From: Lingula anatina
Lineage: Eukaryota > Animalia > Brachiopoda
Direction of reading: 5' to 3'
Length of the DNA: 64,000 nt
Assembly (NCBI GenBank): GCA_051362555.1
Contig: CM120640.1
Location: 310,001-374,000, forward strand
The position numbers were made by a program, and so were the translations under genes. Below the pieces are notes generated by a model. The model saw nothing but the letters and a program-made list of their open reading frames with translations, made no database searches and was not told where the DNA came from. Shown piece after piece: positions 1 to 13,325 of the stretch. Positions within the stretch are counted from its first letter, which is position 1, and every line of letters starts with the position of its first letter.

Positions 1-3000
1 TGAAACTGATATCTCTGGTTATTCTCCACGTGGCACGCACATAGTCCTATATGTTACTGAAACGACACTTGTATGAAGTTTTGAATCTTTAAGGAGAAAG
101 GTCAAGGATTCGGCGGCAGACCACATGGCCAAACACGTTTTTACGTTTATCCCTTTCTTTGTTGAAGGTTTTAATGGGTGAAACTGATATTTCTGACAAT
201 TTGCCATATATCATTTATGTCAACATTGCTACTTATTTATTCAAAAGACCTTGACGAGATTTTTCACATCACATTTTTGTTGATTTTCTGTACAGTAACA
301 AACATGCTTCCCAAAAATTATTGCGAGCAATGAATTACCAAACAAACAAAAAAAAAAAAAAAAAAAAAAAAGGAAGATGACCACGGCGCCTGTCGGATAT
401 TATTTATTCATTCTATTTCAGTCCCACAGATATCTGCCCGCATGCCTTAAGTGTGGTTGTGTAAGTCCAGTTATTTATATAAAATGGTCAAGAGAAGAAG
501 GGGCCTGTTAACAACTGCCCGGTCAAGGGGTGGACGCTGGGTCAGGGAGGGCTTTAAGTGACATTTCGCATGTCTGAGGGCTGTATTTGACACATGACAG
601 AGGCGCTTAGCGACATTGATTTAATGCAATAAGGTTAGAGTGCAATCGTTCTTAAAATAGTGGAACATATAACATCAATTTTCTTATTAAAGCCAGATCA
701 AAAGTCAGAGTTGTCCCTTTGAGAAAGAGCATACGATCAGTGCAATTAGATGGAGGTATAAGAAGAGCTACTTTGTCATGGTCGCCACATCAGCCACCCG
801 TTGGCAATTATTTTCGCCCCTATTTTCTAGGGCCCATGCCTCACCTCGCCTCACCCCTGTGTGCAAGCATCTACCCCATCACCTTCCTATCTGACTTCAA
901 ACACTTACTGGAATTCTCTTTAGTTAGAGAAGTGGCATCCGTAAAAGCGCATCAAAAGGCGATATCCAAGAGACAGCTAATAATAGGTTTTCGTCACACC
1001 TCATGTAACTCCTAATGTGTATGGAGTTGTAATGCGTCTACATGCCACGATGGTAATGCCGAATTCAACGATGTTAATTGTTCTTCATTAAAGTGAATAC
1101 CGGCGTAGAATACGTAATAGCTCTACTGTAAGGCACCGAAAACCTGTATTTTAAATTGCTGTATCCGTCAGTGAATTTCAAATATAAAAAAATGCACATA
1201 CCATATCATAGTGGGGTTTCTATTGATACTGGGCCTCCGAGACCCTCCCCTACTCTCTGATTAGTAGTCTGTTACAAAATTCTTGTATGGTCTAAGCTTT
1301 GTTTTTGCATATTATTTAAGAAGCCCCGAAAAGTAAAAAAGTCGAAAACTCGAAAAGTCAACAAGTCGAAATATCCTATAGGGCCACCATATGTATCCGA
1401 GGACACGTTCCCACCTCAAACAACTCGAATGTTACTGTGTATTCCACTCTGTCGTTAAATCGAAACTGTTCTTTTCTACAATCTTGACTTGTGTTCTCTT
1501 ACCCCCCCTTCCGAGTTATCACCCCATGTCTCACTCCCCCCCCCCCCACACACACACACATACACAAACACAAAGTGAGACAAGTTGGCATGAATCAAAA
1601 TGTGATCGAAGTCATTTTGCAAGTTGATTCAAGGGTGTACAATATTCGCTTTTCAAATAAAGAGTCTCCTTTTTATTTTTTGCATGAATGGGGTATATAT
1701 TATACTGCCTGATACAGTCTATATAATCACTTCATTTCACTCCCACACAGAAGAAATACACCTTGAATAAGATTGCGTGCTGCTGAATATTCTGCTCGCA
1801 TCCACGTTGAGGTAAGAGAATCGATGAGATCTGTAAAAGGCACGCCCGCTGCTGTGGTAACCATTGTGCTTTATCTTTATTGCTCTGCGATACACCTTAG
1901 CTTCTATATCTAATAATCTGCCTGACTGCATCCGCGCGTATAAAAAATATGTTTTTTTCGTCAGAGGTGAGTGATCTTCTATGGAATAAAGATAAGTGGA
2001 CCACTGTATGTGGTACCTGTATGTGGTACCTATAATGGCTTGCCTCTCTGGGCGCCACTAAACCGCTTACCAAAGCCGGTCCCAATGTTTACTTTTTATT
2101 TTTATTTCAAATTCAAGAATTTGCTGTAAAATTCTACATACCATCAAAGTTATGACGGCAGAACAATAATAGTAAAACGGTTTCAGAAAACCAGTAATGA
2201 TATTCATAAAATGAGAGAAGTTTTCAAGATAAAAACCCTCGCGGGTACAGAACCATAACTGACACTGTGTAACCTTTGATAATGTTGACGAGGTCGTCAG
2301 GGCTTACCTTAATTTCATTATCTTGACAACTGCATAAAAAGACCATAAAATTAGATTAAAGTATGATTTTATAGTTAATGGGATCCTTAAAATCTAATGC
2401 ATTTGCACGTACAGCTTTAGAATCCTACAGGTCTTCACATACCAGTCAAACAAAGAAGGCATAAATTTGGAGCTATAAGAAATTTTTTCATACACGTCCG
2501 ACTATCCATTGACGACCATACCACGACAGCAGTTAATTCCTTTACATTTCCTTAATTATTCTTTTTATCTTCGCCCATTTGCTTAAACATAAAGAGTTTT
2601 TAAAAAGCGATTCTAATGCAATTCTCATTTGGGAATTTTGGGATGGAATAAATCAAACATTATTGCACCACGTCTCCATCACATAAAAATCATTTTATTT
2701 AACTAAATTTCAAACAGCTTTGCTTTGTTCCCAGTTAAAGATATCATAGTTTTAAGTAACCCTCAGAGCCGCGACAGAGGCGTGACCAAACTTCATTAAG
2801 GGATTTTATCTTTCGAATAATAACGAAACCTTGTCAGGATATGTTTTTAATAATCCTTCATTAATGCTGTAATTCATTCCGTCTTCGATGCAGATTCAAC
2901 GTTATGTACAGTGGTGTGGGGTGGTTAAATGAAAGATATCTTCCCCTTTAATCGGGTTTTCACGTAGCATTGTGGCACACATATAGCGCTGGGATTACGG

Positions 3001-4246
3001 ATATCATTTTTTTTTCAATCTCTGGTTGTCTTCCTGGTAGAAAATTGTCAGATTAGATAGAAATGTCTTGTGTATGTACGGGTAGTCCACCTTATTATAT
3101 ACCTTTTAGCCTTTTGAGAAAAGTTTGGAGATAAAATCTGAAATGCGGCAGAAATACGAGCAAGACCGCACAGAATACTTCTAAACTTAAGAAATGTTAC
3201 TATTAAAAAAGAAGACTATCCACCATGTCCCTTTATGGTAATATCGTGTGACATAAAGTTACTCGCGTGTCACTTTGCAGCAAGCAGTCTATATGTGACA
3301 GTGGTATAAGCTACATAAGAGAACATCTTTGGCAACAATGCATTCTTTGTGTTCAAGGGGTTGAATTACATGGCAATTTCCACCCAATTTGTTTATAAAT
3401 TTCATTGTGAATTGAATCGTTAATACTGTGGCAATTCCAAAGAATGGTTTCAAATTGTAAATGTTATTTGGGATTGTGAGTGCCAGTCTTAAAACTATAC
3501 ATTCTGGTATCCGATACAGTAACACCGCGTAATTCTCAATCGTCAGCCCAGCAAACGACCACTTCCACGCAATCCAGGCGTGATGATGCAGTGCTGGACA
3601 GACGCTTGTGACTATAATGTTACTTTGGTAAGACGTGATCCAGTAAATACTATTTTTGTGGTCACAAGCTTGTAAAAAATTATCCCGAAAGTTACTGTCA
3701 GCTGTTTAACTTCGGCAAGATGGCACTAAAACTTGCCTAGTACTAGTAGGACGCAAAGTGCTGGTATATATGTCGTCACTGACATGTGTTTGTAAGTGTC
3801 ATATGACACACGTCAGAGGACAGTACAGTGCCTGGCGGGAACTCGTGCCATATACATGAACACGTCTCTCTGTGGAGGTGATCAAACAGACAATATTTAC
3901 TGCTCTAAAACTAGTCAGACAACGTTGTGCCGGTGCCATATATAACCCATTGATGTTAGTTACTCTGTGGCTTTATATGTAACTCATGTTTTTATTTACA
4001 ACAAGTATATAGCAACATGCTGTTTTATGGTTGCCCCTATTGTTAACCCTTGCCTGTCATACCCCCTGGCTAGACATATAGGTCTTTCTCTACATATCAC
4101 ATTGCTTTTATTTTGGTTTATGTTTTTCGAAAACGTTTATAATAAAAATATCTTATATGCAATGCAATGAAATAGATTCAGTTTAATAACATTGTGATAA
4201 TGCTGGCTTTGTAAAATACAATACAATTACACAGACTATTTACCCC

Positions 4247-4277
<31 letters not shown>

Positions 4278-6806
4278 AAAGGGACAGCTCTACCTTCTGT
4301 TCCTTACATTAGGTAAACGTCAAGTCATAGGTGTTCACGGTGACAGTTAAAGCCTGCCATGTCCCGGGGGGGTGGGGGTGGGGGCATTGTTGAATGAAGC
4401 ACCTGTCTCTGATGACGTCATCCCTGTGTGTCCTCCCTAACCTGCTGTTATAATTTCATCTCCAACTACCTGGTATTATCTTAATCTTGGTCATCAATGG
4501 AGATGCTGCCAAAGACATCAACGAGGTCCACATTTGACTGTGGTAATATTTCCTCATTAATTGTACGATATTTCTATTAAAACTTTCCTTTTAATTAATT
4601 TCTTTCTTGATATTAAAATTTTGCAGACGTAATGGTGGTAGTATATGACATATTCTAGTACAATACGTGTAGTTAGATAGAGACGCATTAAGCTTAGGAT
4701 CGTGAATGCGACCTCTGCCCTTCACCACATAAACAGGCCACTTGATGGCAACTAAACAGCACACCTGCGTCCATCTAGGTGTGGTCAGTGGGTACATTTA
4801 GGGGTTGACCACCGGCTAATAATCAAAGAATTTTAAGCCCGTGCACGCATTCGTGCGATAAAAGTGTGGTAAGAATTGGCCTGTAAACCGTGAACTTCAA
4901 GCCGAGCAGGAGCTCCATATCTTATATCTAACTGTGCTGGGTTTGTTCCCTTCACATGCTTCATTAAGGTCGCCTATTGAAATGCAACGCAAAATAAGAC
5001 TTTTCGGTTTGAAGTACATTTTTGTTTTTCATCCGGCCTCGTCGTCCTGAAGAAAAATAGTCAGCGGTAGCACGGCTTTGTCTGACTTTCATAATGTGTG
5101 CCTTGTGTTGGCGGATAGAAGCAAACACACACAGGCTTAAACAGATTGTTACACGTCAACAGACGAGAACAATGTTGCTTACATAGTACCGCCTGGGAGA
5201 AAGAGTTTATGACAATATTTTGTGAAGGACTTGAGCTGAAAATCAACCTCTAATTTTAACAATTAAAGTATTGGATAAAACTTGTCCAAGTGACCTTTTG
5301 TGTGGCTGAAGTAGACGTCAAGCAACCTCATACCTCTATGTCAACTGCATGGACTAGATCCAGAGGGCTACCATTTATTTTGGCCCCAATGTAAACAGCC
5401 CTATTTGCACATACCCGTGTGCTATATGAATAATCTTTCTTTTCCTTCTTGCAGAATTCAACAATCTTAGGTTTTGAAACTTTTCCATTTCTTTATTTTT
5501 AACATGGCAATCTTCAAGTTAGTTCATTCCAAACCTGCACTCACAACATGCATTAATCTCTGCGTGTCACAATGTACTGTCGCCATGCAGTGGTGGGACC
5601 ATACAGGCACCCGTGGGACACAGCAGCCCCCGCCCCCTCCCCCATTACATAAGTATACTTCCTTGAAAACTGCTCTGGTTGGAACATAGGCTTCAATAAC
5701 ATAGTCTCACAGAGTCACTGTTTAGAACGATAATGCTGAAACATGAGTAATTTCACAGGGTCCTTGAGATCAAAGAAAGAAAATGGACACATCAGGCGCC
5801 TTTCTGACTTTGTTTTTACATCTAATATTACGATATTGACCCCTCTTGCCTATGGGCTTGATAAAAATGAAAATATTCTGTAGTTGAAAAGCAGTAAAGA
5901 TCATTTCCCGCCCGCTAATGTCAGCTTTTTCTCAGACAAAGATTAATCCTGGTACCTTTGGTTCAGGTTAAAATAACATTTAAATAAGTCATAACCATTT
6001 GTAATTTATTATCGAACACGCCCTCATGACTTTACTCCAGTTGACTCCAGTGACGGTACAGATATGACAGAAAGATAGAGAAAAAAACGCCAAAAACATG
6101 TTTACATGTGTCTCTGAAGCTGGTTTATAGTGGCTCATAAATATAAACTGACATATCCATATAAATTGCAATAATATTCAACCTCCTCCTTTTTTGAAAA
6201 CGAAACAAATCATTATGTTGTTTTTTCGCCATTAAAGTTGTTTTCCGTCTTAGAAAAATAAAGTTGTCTCTGTTCTGTTTGCGTGATGCAAATTAAGTGC
6301 CTTTCTTGTAGACAAGAGATGCTGTCTGCACGCTGATGATGCAGTAAAAAAAAAACTGCAGCTGGTCCAATTTATCAAGTAGTTATGGGTGGTTTAGGTG
6401 AACGGGTTCTATTGTCATAAGACAGGTTGCTTTTATCAGATGCGTGATTTTTTTTTGCTTCCTCATGTATTCAAGAGAAACCTGGTGCAGCTTAGAGCAG
6501 CAGTGTTTAATCGTTTCGAGTTGAAGCATAATTAACAAGAATCGGTGGCTTCAAGATTAATTTATATTTGAGTCTTAACAATCCCTTAATTAAGTCAACC
6601 TAATAAGGTTTGCCTTTCATCTGACTGAGGCAATTATCATCAAATCATCACAAGCCTCAAGCAAGTGTGTTAGTTTCATGTCGGCTGGGGTGGGAGAGGG
6701 AGGTTTTTCTTTATATTAGAATTATGAGAATCTGTGACCCATTCGAGTTAATTACTATTTTTTAAAAATGTTCCCAGATAGCACACCAATGCTGACTGTA
6801 ACTCAC

Positions 6807-7209
6807 CTTGATAGTTGACAGGGATGACAAGAGCTGGCCCATCTCTCTTATGTTCTGCTCTCTCCTCGTCCCAGTGTAGATTACTGGCGAAAACTTTGGT
6901 CCCTCTGCGAGCAGAATACAGCAGGAACGGCTGCTGGGAGTTTAAAGTGGTCTTCTCGCCAAGGTTACTGTACAAACCACTGCTCAGTTTTACCACTTGA
7001 GGCAGCTGATGTTGGAACAGAAACAGGCGGGCGTCAACTGCTTCGTCCGCCCATTCAAAGTACGGCTCTGCGTCCTCAGAACCCTCCTCACCATCATCAG
7101 AGGGACGCCTTGTCTGTGAGTGGTCTCTGTCCCCTCGCTTCACCGCCGCATCTTCTTCATCCCCTGACACGTTCCCTGTTGAATTCCTCAAATCATCCTC
7201 GTCATCCAT
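6807..7209 (-). CDS. First coding exon of a CABIT-domain-like (GAREM/Themis-type) protein; remainder not found, probably beyond the window's left edge
   Basis: ATG at 7209 with in-frame TAG at 7221-7219. Acidic N-terminus, then LPQVVKLSSGLY...FLLYSARRGTKVFA...LVIPVNYQG, resembling the CABIT N-terminal motifs. Donor CAAG|gtgagt at 6807/6806. Candidate upstream acceptor at 7392-7391. Confidence 0.6.
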
Positions 7210-8774
7210 TCCGTCCTTCTAGTGGTGGTACCATATGTACTGTCACAGTTCCAGTCAAACACGTACGACTATGTAACAGGCAATACCTTGGCCTCGCCGC
7301 CCTAACTGGTTACAGGTTCCGATGTACAGGTAATGGACAGGTATTTTAACAGAGGTAAACTTAAGTCGGAGTCTATGTTTGTGTCGTTACCTGAAACTGA
7401 TGCCCACTGGGCCTTTCTCCCCGACATATCCCGTGTCCTAGTCACTTCATTTCAAGTGTTCACAGGCCTCCGCCAGAAGATACCATCAACACTGCATACA
7501 TAATCCACGATAAACGCCACTAGGATATGGATCAGGGAATTATTGAGAGAACAACCCAGTTCAGCGACCTTCCTCGCAGAAACCTCAAGCTATTTACAAA
7601 GTTCTCTGTCGCCCTTGTACATGTAATTCGCACCGTGGCTTCTCAGCGCCCTTTTAAATGTCAACTTAAAAAGTGTCTAAATTCCGGCCGTGCTCTTTCT
7701 GACAGCGTGCTCCGTGTCCACGTAATGGGCAAGCGTTCAGCTGGACTGCGACTTGGTGACAATTTTACGGTCATGCATGTCAGAATGCATAAGTCTCGTA
7801 ACGAGCTCAGTTCCCCCTTCACCGCGACGTCAACTGGAGGGCTATTGTACCTATACCTGCGGATTACTCATAATGACCAGGTACACTGTGCCCCGTCAGC
7901 TCTCTCACAACCTGACTGCGCTCTACCTGTACACTGAACCTGGTGTGTCTGTGTCTATGACACACGATAGCCAAAGACTGTATGTGACAGCTGACTTCCC
8001 TTCCTGATTGAGTATGCAGATCACCGGCGTGAGGGGGGGACATTAAGACACGTCCTTCCTCCGGAGAAACTGGATCCTATAAATGTTGACACGGCAATGG
8101 GTAATTTTGGGGAGAAGTCTCAGAAAAAAGTGTTAACTAACAAAATAGGTTGATTTTGATTACTAATATGCTTTTTAAAATTTTCTTTTAAACACTGTTT
8201 GGTAGGGAGCTCTTCCCTTTTCAGAATTTCTTCCCCTCACCACGTATTTTTGAACCCGCCACGCCCTCCTGCCTGCCTTACCAGCCTCCTCCTCTGCCTC
8301 TCCCTAAAATATACCGATCATTGAAGTTTCCAGTGCGTAACGCATACAAGTCCATCAATAATATATTTCGTCAACTTTCCTCACCATATCACACAGTGTT
8401 CCATTGTTAGGTGTGCTTACACAGCAAACTCCTCTTCAACATCGCCTCTCCCAGTCATCGATTACTTGAGAAAATGACGGAAGGTCTTGGCTCAGCGTTA
8501 GTGCAGAACCCTCCCCTCACCCGGGGTCTAAGATGGGTGAGCGAGACGCTGTTCATCGAACCCTATACGGGTCATTGCGACAGGACCCGACTGTGTATCC
8601 TTAACCCTATTTGCCATGCGCTTAAAGAACCCTGTAAATAATTCATTAGTAACTATTATCAAATTTTAAGGGGGGGGGGGGTTTCATTACAAGTTACCTC
8701 AGCGTTGCAGAGATGAACTCTCTGATCCCACACATTGTGACCGTCCCATACCACTGGAACAGAGCATATATGGC

Positions 8775-8960
8775 TGTAGTTTTCTCTACACTTTTACAGT
8801 TTTCTCTACTTTTATAGTTTTCTCTATATATTTATATTTTTCTCTATATAGTTAGAGTTTTCTCTGTTTGTCTAGATTTCTCTATTTTAAATATTTTCTC
8901 TATATATTTATAGTTTTCTCTTTATTTTTATAGTATATTTTTATTGTATAGGTTTCTTTA
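8775..8960. repeat. Low-complexity degenerate repeat (TTTTCTCTATA-like units)
   Basis: Repeated agttttctcta motifs separated by AT-rich spacers. Confidence 0.6.
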
Positions 8961-10390
8961 TCAGCAAGTGTATGAATCAAGATATACAAACATCGAAAAC
9001 GGTGTATGTTTCTCTGATCAATGAAATATAAAATACAATATCATACTTATTCTTATTCTTACCATTCTTATAGGAGTGAAACTGATGTTTTCAAGTTACA
9101 TAACAGACAAATTGAAAAGTGCTTATTTCTTGAAATGAAAGTAATAACAGCATATTTTGGGATATAATTGTTACTTCGGTCAAAACAGGAACCCAGTCAA
9201 GTGCCAGTAGAGATATAAAATAAAGATAAGTGGATATTTAGAAATATCAGTGAAGGTTGATGCCGTCAGCAGAACAAATGCTACACCTGTGCTTGCTGTG
9301 ACACCACTCCATAGTATGATGCGTGCGTCCTTGCTGAGGTTTGCTCAGTCATCACAGTGAAATAACGTGAAAACTGATAGTATGGTGCCACTTTCATTTC
9401 AGATTTCTGATCATGTAGCAAAAGGGAATTTAAGCGCTTAACTTCATCGTCATTTCCGGCAATTCAGAGGTGTAACGTCTTTAAGCATTGTTATGAATTA
9501 TTTGTGGCAAATCTTGCAGAAAGATGAGTCATAACCCACACCGTCCACACGCCATCATAACTTTGAGATACTTCATGCAGGCTGATTATGAATTATCATC
9601 ATTTCATACTTAATGATCCAAACAAGAATAAAGGACAGAGTTCTAATTAAGTTTTAAAATGTCGAATTAGTTCCATTAGAAAGTCTGAAATAAATCGCTT
9701 TTCATTCTGACATGGACGCGTGCAGATCATGTCAGAATTCAGTGACTTGCAATTGTCTATTTTTATTCATTATAAGACCACGCTGTCTTAAATAACAAAA
9801 CACTATCAATTTATGTTAAAGAAAAAAAAAAGAAAAAAAAAAAGAATTAAAAACGCGTCACATTTATTCAGCAAAACGGTGCACCAATATTTCCGGCATC
9901 TCTAACACAATGTTTTGCCGCTTGAAGTTTGGCAGCTTCTCAATCACAATGCGATAATTTAAAAAAGTGCACTTTCCTGTGGTATCCTTTGTCCAACGTG
10001 TAAATCGAAAGCACCTAAAATCTTCTGACACAAGAGAAAGCAACTGGTAAAATGTATACATAATCCTCAGTGCTATCATAGTGGAATTAAAGACGTTCTC
10101 TGCGAAATGTAGGTTTTGAGACCAGTGCCTTCCACAGCTAGGTAACCTACAATGAATCATCTAGAAATGTGATATTCAGTTCTTTCAATTTGTATGGTAT
10201 AAGAGAAACGTAAATAAACGTGACTATCAATCACTCCTATTATCCATTAAAAGTCAAAATAAAACAGAAAGTTCTTTGCTGTGTTTATATCTATCTGCTT
10301 AAATTCACAAAGTCTACTTTCACAATATGAACGTCCACCTACGTACTGATATATACCTTCGTAACACGCGTATTTGTACCTCGTAAAACC

Positions 10391-10393
<3 letters not shown>

Positions 10394-10427
<34 letters not shown>

Positions 10428-10466
10428 TACACACACACACACACAAACACAAACACAAAAACACAC
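10394..10466. repeat. (CA)n microsatellite
   Basis: Direct reading. Confidence 0.9.
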
Positions 10467-10711
10467 ATTTATTTGTACACACAGTCTCTGTAAAATTTTT
10501 TCTGCATTCTGCATGTTTATGTAGTATCAAAATAGAAATTATATGATAATGATATCTGGGGAATTCCCCTGGAAATTCCAAGACGATTCCTAACTCAGAA
10601 AGTGGGCTTTCAAGGTTTCGTATGCACAGCATTGGACTCCTACGTTACAACAGAAGACTTTATAGAGATGTGACCCAGTCAGGAGAATTTGTGACTTAGC
10701 TAGTAAATTTA

Positions 10712-10956
10712 GGCTTCGTTCACATGCAATGTCTATTTTCTATTTTCTATTTTCGGTATGTCTTATGATCACGGTCTGTGCACTGAATATCCCGCCGCGT
10801 AATTACTGGCAGCGCGAGCCAGTTACTTATAGTAACTTATAGTAACTGGCTCGCGCTGCCAGTAATTACGCCGCGGGATATTCAGTGCACAGACCGTGAT
10901 CATAAGACATACCGAAAATAGAAAATAGAAAATAGACATTGCATGTGAACGAAGCC
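10712..10956. mobile_element. Near-perfect palindromic MITE, PIF/Harbinger-like
   Basis: GGCTTCGTTCACATGCAATGTC... at the left is the reverse complement of ...GACATTGCATGTGAACGAAGCC at the right, pairing over about 115 bp per arm. Flanked by TTA at 10709-10711 and 10957-10959 (TWA target-site duplication). Confidence 0.8.
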
Positions 10957-11117
10957 TTACTGCCTACACTATTAGTATTACAGCGGGTTTCAACATCGCC
11001 ACCGATAGAGGCGCCAGTGTCCCTCAGTGTCTGAAGGTCGCAGAGATAGCAGTATTCTTCTCCTGTCTGAGGCAAGACCTGCCAGTACTGCGAGCCAGTT
11101 TTTACAAATAATTTACA

Positions 11118-12131
11118 ATGGGAGGAACCTCTTCTAGCACTTCATACGAACGACAAGGTAGGTTAATATTTTATTTAGATACCAGAATGATTTCAAAAAC
11201 CATTGTTTATGTTGTGTCTGAAACATTCAGAACATTGTTTCTGAAAGTGAAAGTGACAGCAACGTTTTTCGATTATGTGAAGCGAGTGTTTTAAAACTAA
11301 CATTCGCCAATCAATTTTCCCTGCCCGCTAAAAACCCAATGTAAATAGTACATAAGAAGTAAAGGAAAAGCTACCAGAGTGAACGTTTAAACAAACCTAA
11401 TAAGTGCTGTAAAATCAAAATTTAAGATTTGATATCCGTCTATTTTCACAGGTAAAAGAGTGGATGCTGCGGCCACCCCCTCTTACTTCCATGAAACAGT
11501 CATTGGACCATGTGGAATACGAGGAGACAACAAAGCACTGTCGAAAGTAGACAGAGGGCTGTCTATGGTGAAGGTTTGCAAATCAGACGCCACCCAACTT
11601 CAGAGGAAATTACAGAGGGAGTACTTCTCTCACTGGGAAGAGCGGTGCGATGTGAGCGAGTTCCACGATTTTACCGTCGATCAAATTGATCAGCTGATAG
11701 AGAAAATCCACCGTAAAATGCGGAAATCTGGCCAGGACGTCCGGAAGAAACTCCGGGGAATCCGCTGGTCCGAACAGTGGTCCCAGAAAATGTTCGAGTT
11801 TTCCTTTGGAGATGACCTACAATCCGGCGTCGTCTACTTCGGTATGATTGCTCTAGCTAAAGACGGCGCGGGTTTCATAGACGCCGCCACGTGTTTATAC
11901 AAACTGGACTTTACAGTGGCTCAGGAAAAGGTGGTCAAGACGGATAGAGACCATTTATTTGGCTTAACCCTGGAGACGCGCACCACGACCTCCTATCGCG
12001 ACCGCAGCCTGGGCTTCGTCACAGCTCAAGCCTTGAAAAACTTCGCCCGTACTAAGGCAGTGGAGGCCTTTCAAGAACGGGGCCTTCTCCGGGCGGTTAA
12101 CTATGTTTCCAGTTTAGAAGCAACAGAATAA
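11118..12131 (+). CDS. Two-exon uncharacterised protein (~239 aa) with N-myristoylation-type start MGGTSS
   Basis: Exon 1 11118-11157 (MGGTSSSTSYERQ G|gtaggt) joins in phase 1 to exon 2 11452-12131 (ttttcacag|GT AAA AGA GTG GAT...), in frame with the 223-aa ORF. Coding-like GC content. Confidence 0.8.
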
Positions 12132-13325
12132 TAGGAAAAACTCATTTGCTAGTTTGGACCCCGCAAATGTTTCACGAGTCCTAGTTAACATATTATATAC
12201 CATGTTTTTGCACAACTTACTTTTCAGGAGAGAAGAAAAAATATATCGTTTCAGACTTAAGGTACAAAAAAATATAATCATGTTTATGCACCATAGCACA
12301 GAGAGTACATAAATGTCACATTGCAGAATTACAGCTATTTATTTTCATTATGATTCATTTATATCATATATTGCCAAATTACAGCTGTTTACTTTTATTG
12401 TAATTTTCAGTTGTGTCTTGCAATGGTGCTCATTTTTTAAAGACAGATTTAAAGGTTAGTGTATTCTGTCCATTATATGTGAAACATTTTTGCCAAAGAC
12501 GATGGGGGAAATGAAAACAGTTTGTTCAGGGATCTCCAAGACAAAGTGCCACAGGAAGTGCAATTGAATGAGATTACTGAAAACGCTGTACTTACACACG
12601 TACCCCTACCCTGAACTATCCCGTTGGAGCGCATTTTGTCATATTTGGACTTTTTATGCAATGCTTGACAGGCAAATACTGGTCATGCTTCATTTGGAAG
12701 CTTTTTGTATCTGTACATTCATGCATCTAGACTGACAGCTTTGCAATGGAAATAAAGCTTCTGTGTTTTTCAAATGTATGATACTTCATTGAAAAACAGT
12801 ACGTAGCAGCATAAAAATATTTATTACAATGTCCAGCACACTTTAGTTATAAACCAATGTGGCAGTAAAGCAAGCAGGTGATAGTCCCAAGTTTGTTACA
12901 AATGTGTAAACATCATGGATTTTCTAAAAAAAAAAAATTCATGAACCCTGTGTGCAACAGGTATCACTACACTAGGGCTGAGTGAGTATGTAACTTAAGT
13001 TAAGCTGCCTCAAAGAGTTCTAGAAATTATCACTCTGATTACAACAAAATGACTGGCTGTAACATACAACAATCAGCCATTACTATCAGTGACCTCACTG
13101 ACTAATGGCACAGAACAGATGTTATACATAATCATTACAATATTCCACATACGTCTTCAAACCTTTTTTTAACTTTGACAGAAGGCATGTAGTTTGTAGA
13201 ATATAGAAACTTAAACAAAACATAATTTACAGGAACATAAGGCTTTCTTCCACCTTACTTCTTTAAAGGATTACAGTTTGATCAGATAAAGATAACAAGA
13301 AGCCAGTTTTATCAGCCAGCAGAGT

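Noticed and set aside
7527-8007. 136-aa and 84-aa plus-strand ORFs
   Set aside because: No recognisable motif or splice support; likely 5' region of the minus-strand gene.
8405-8640. GC-richer block, possibly a SINE fragment
   Set aside because: No clear A/B boxes, TSD or second copy in the window.
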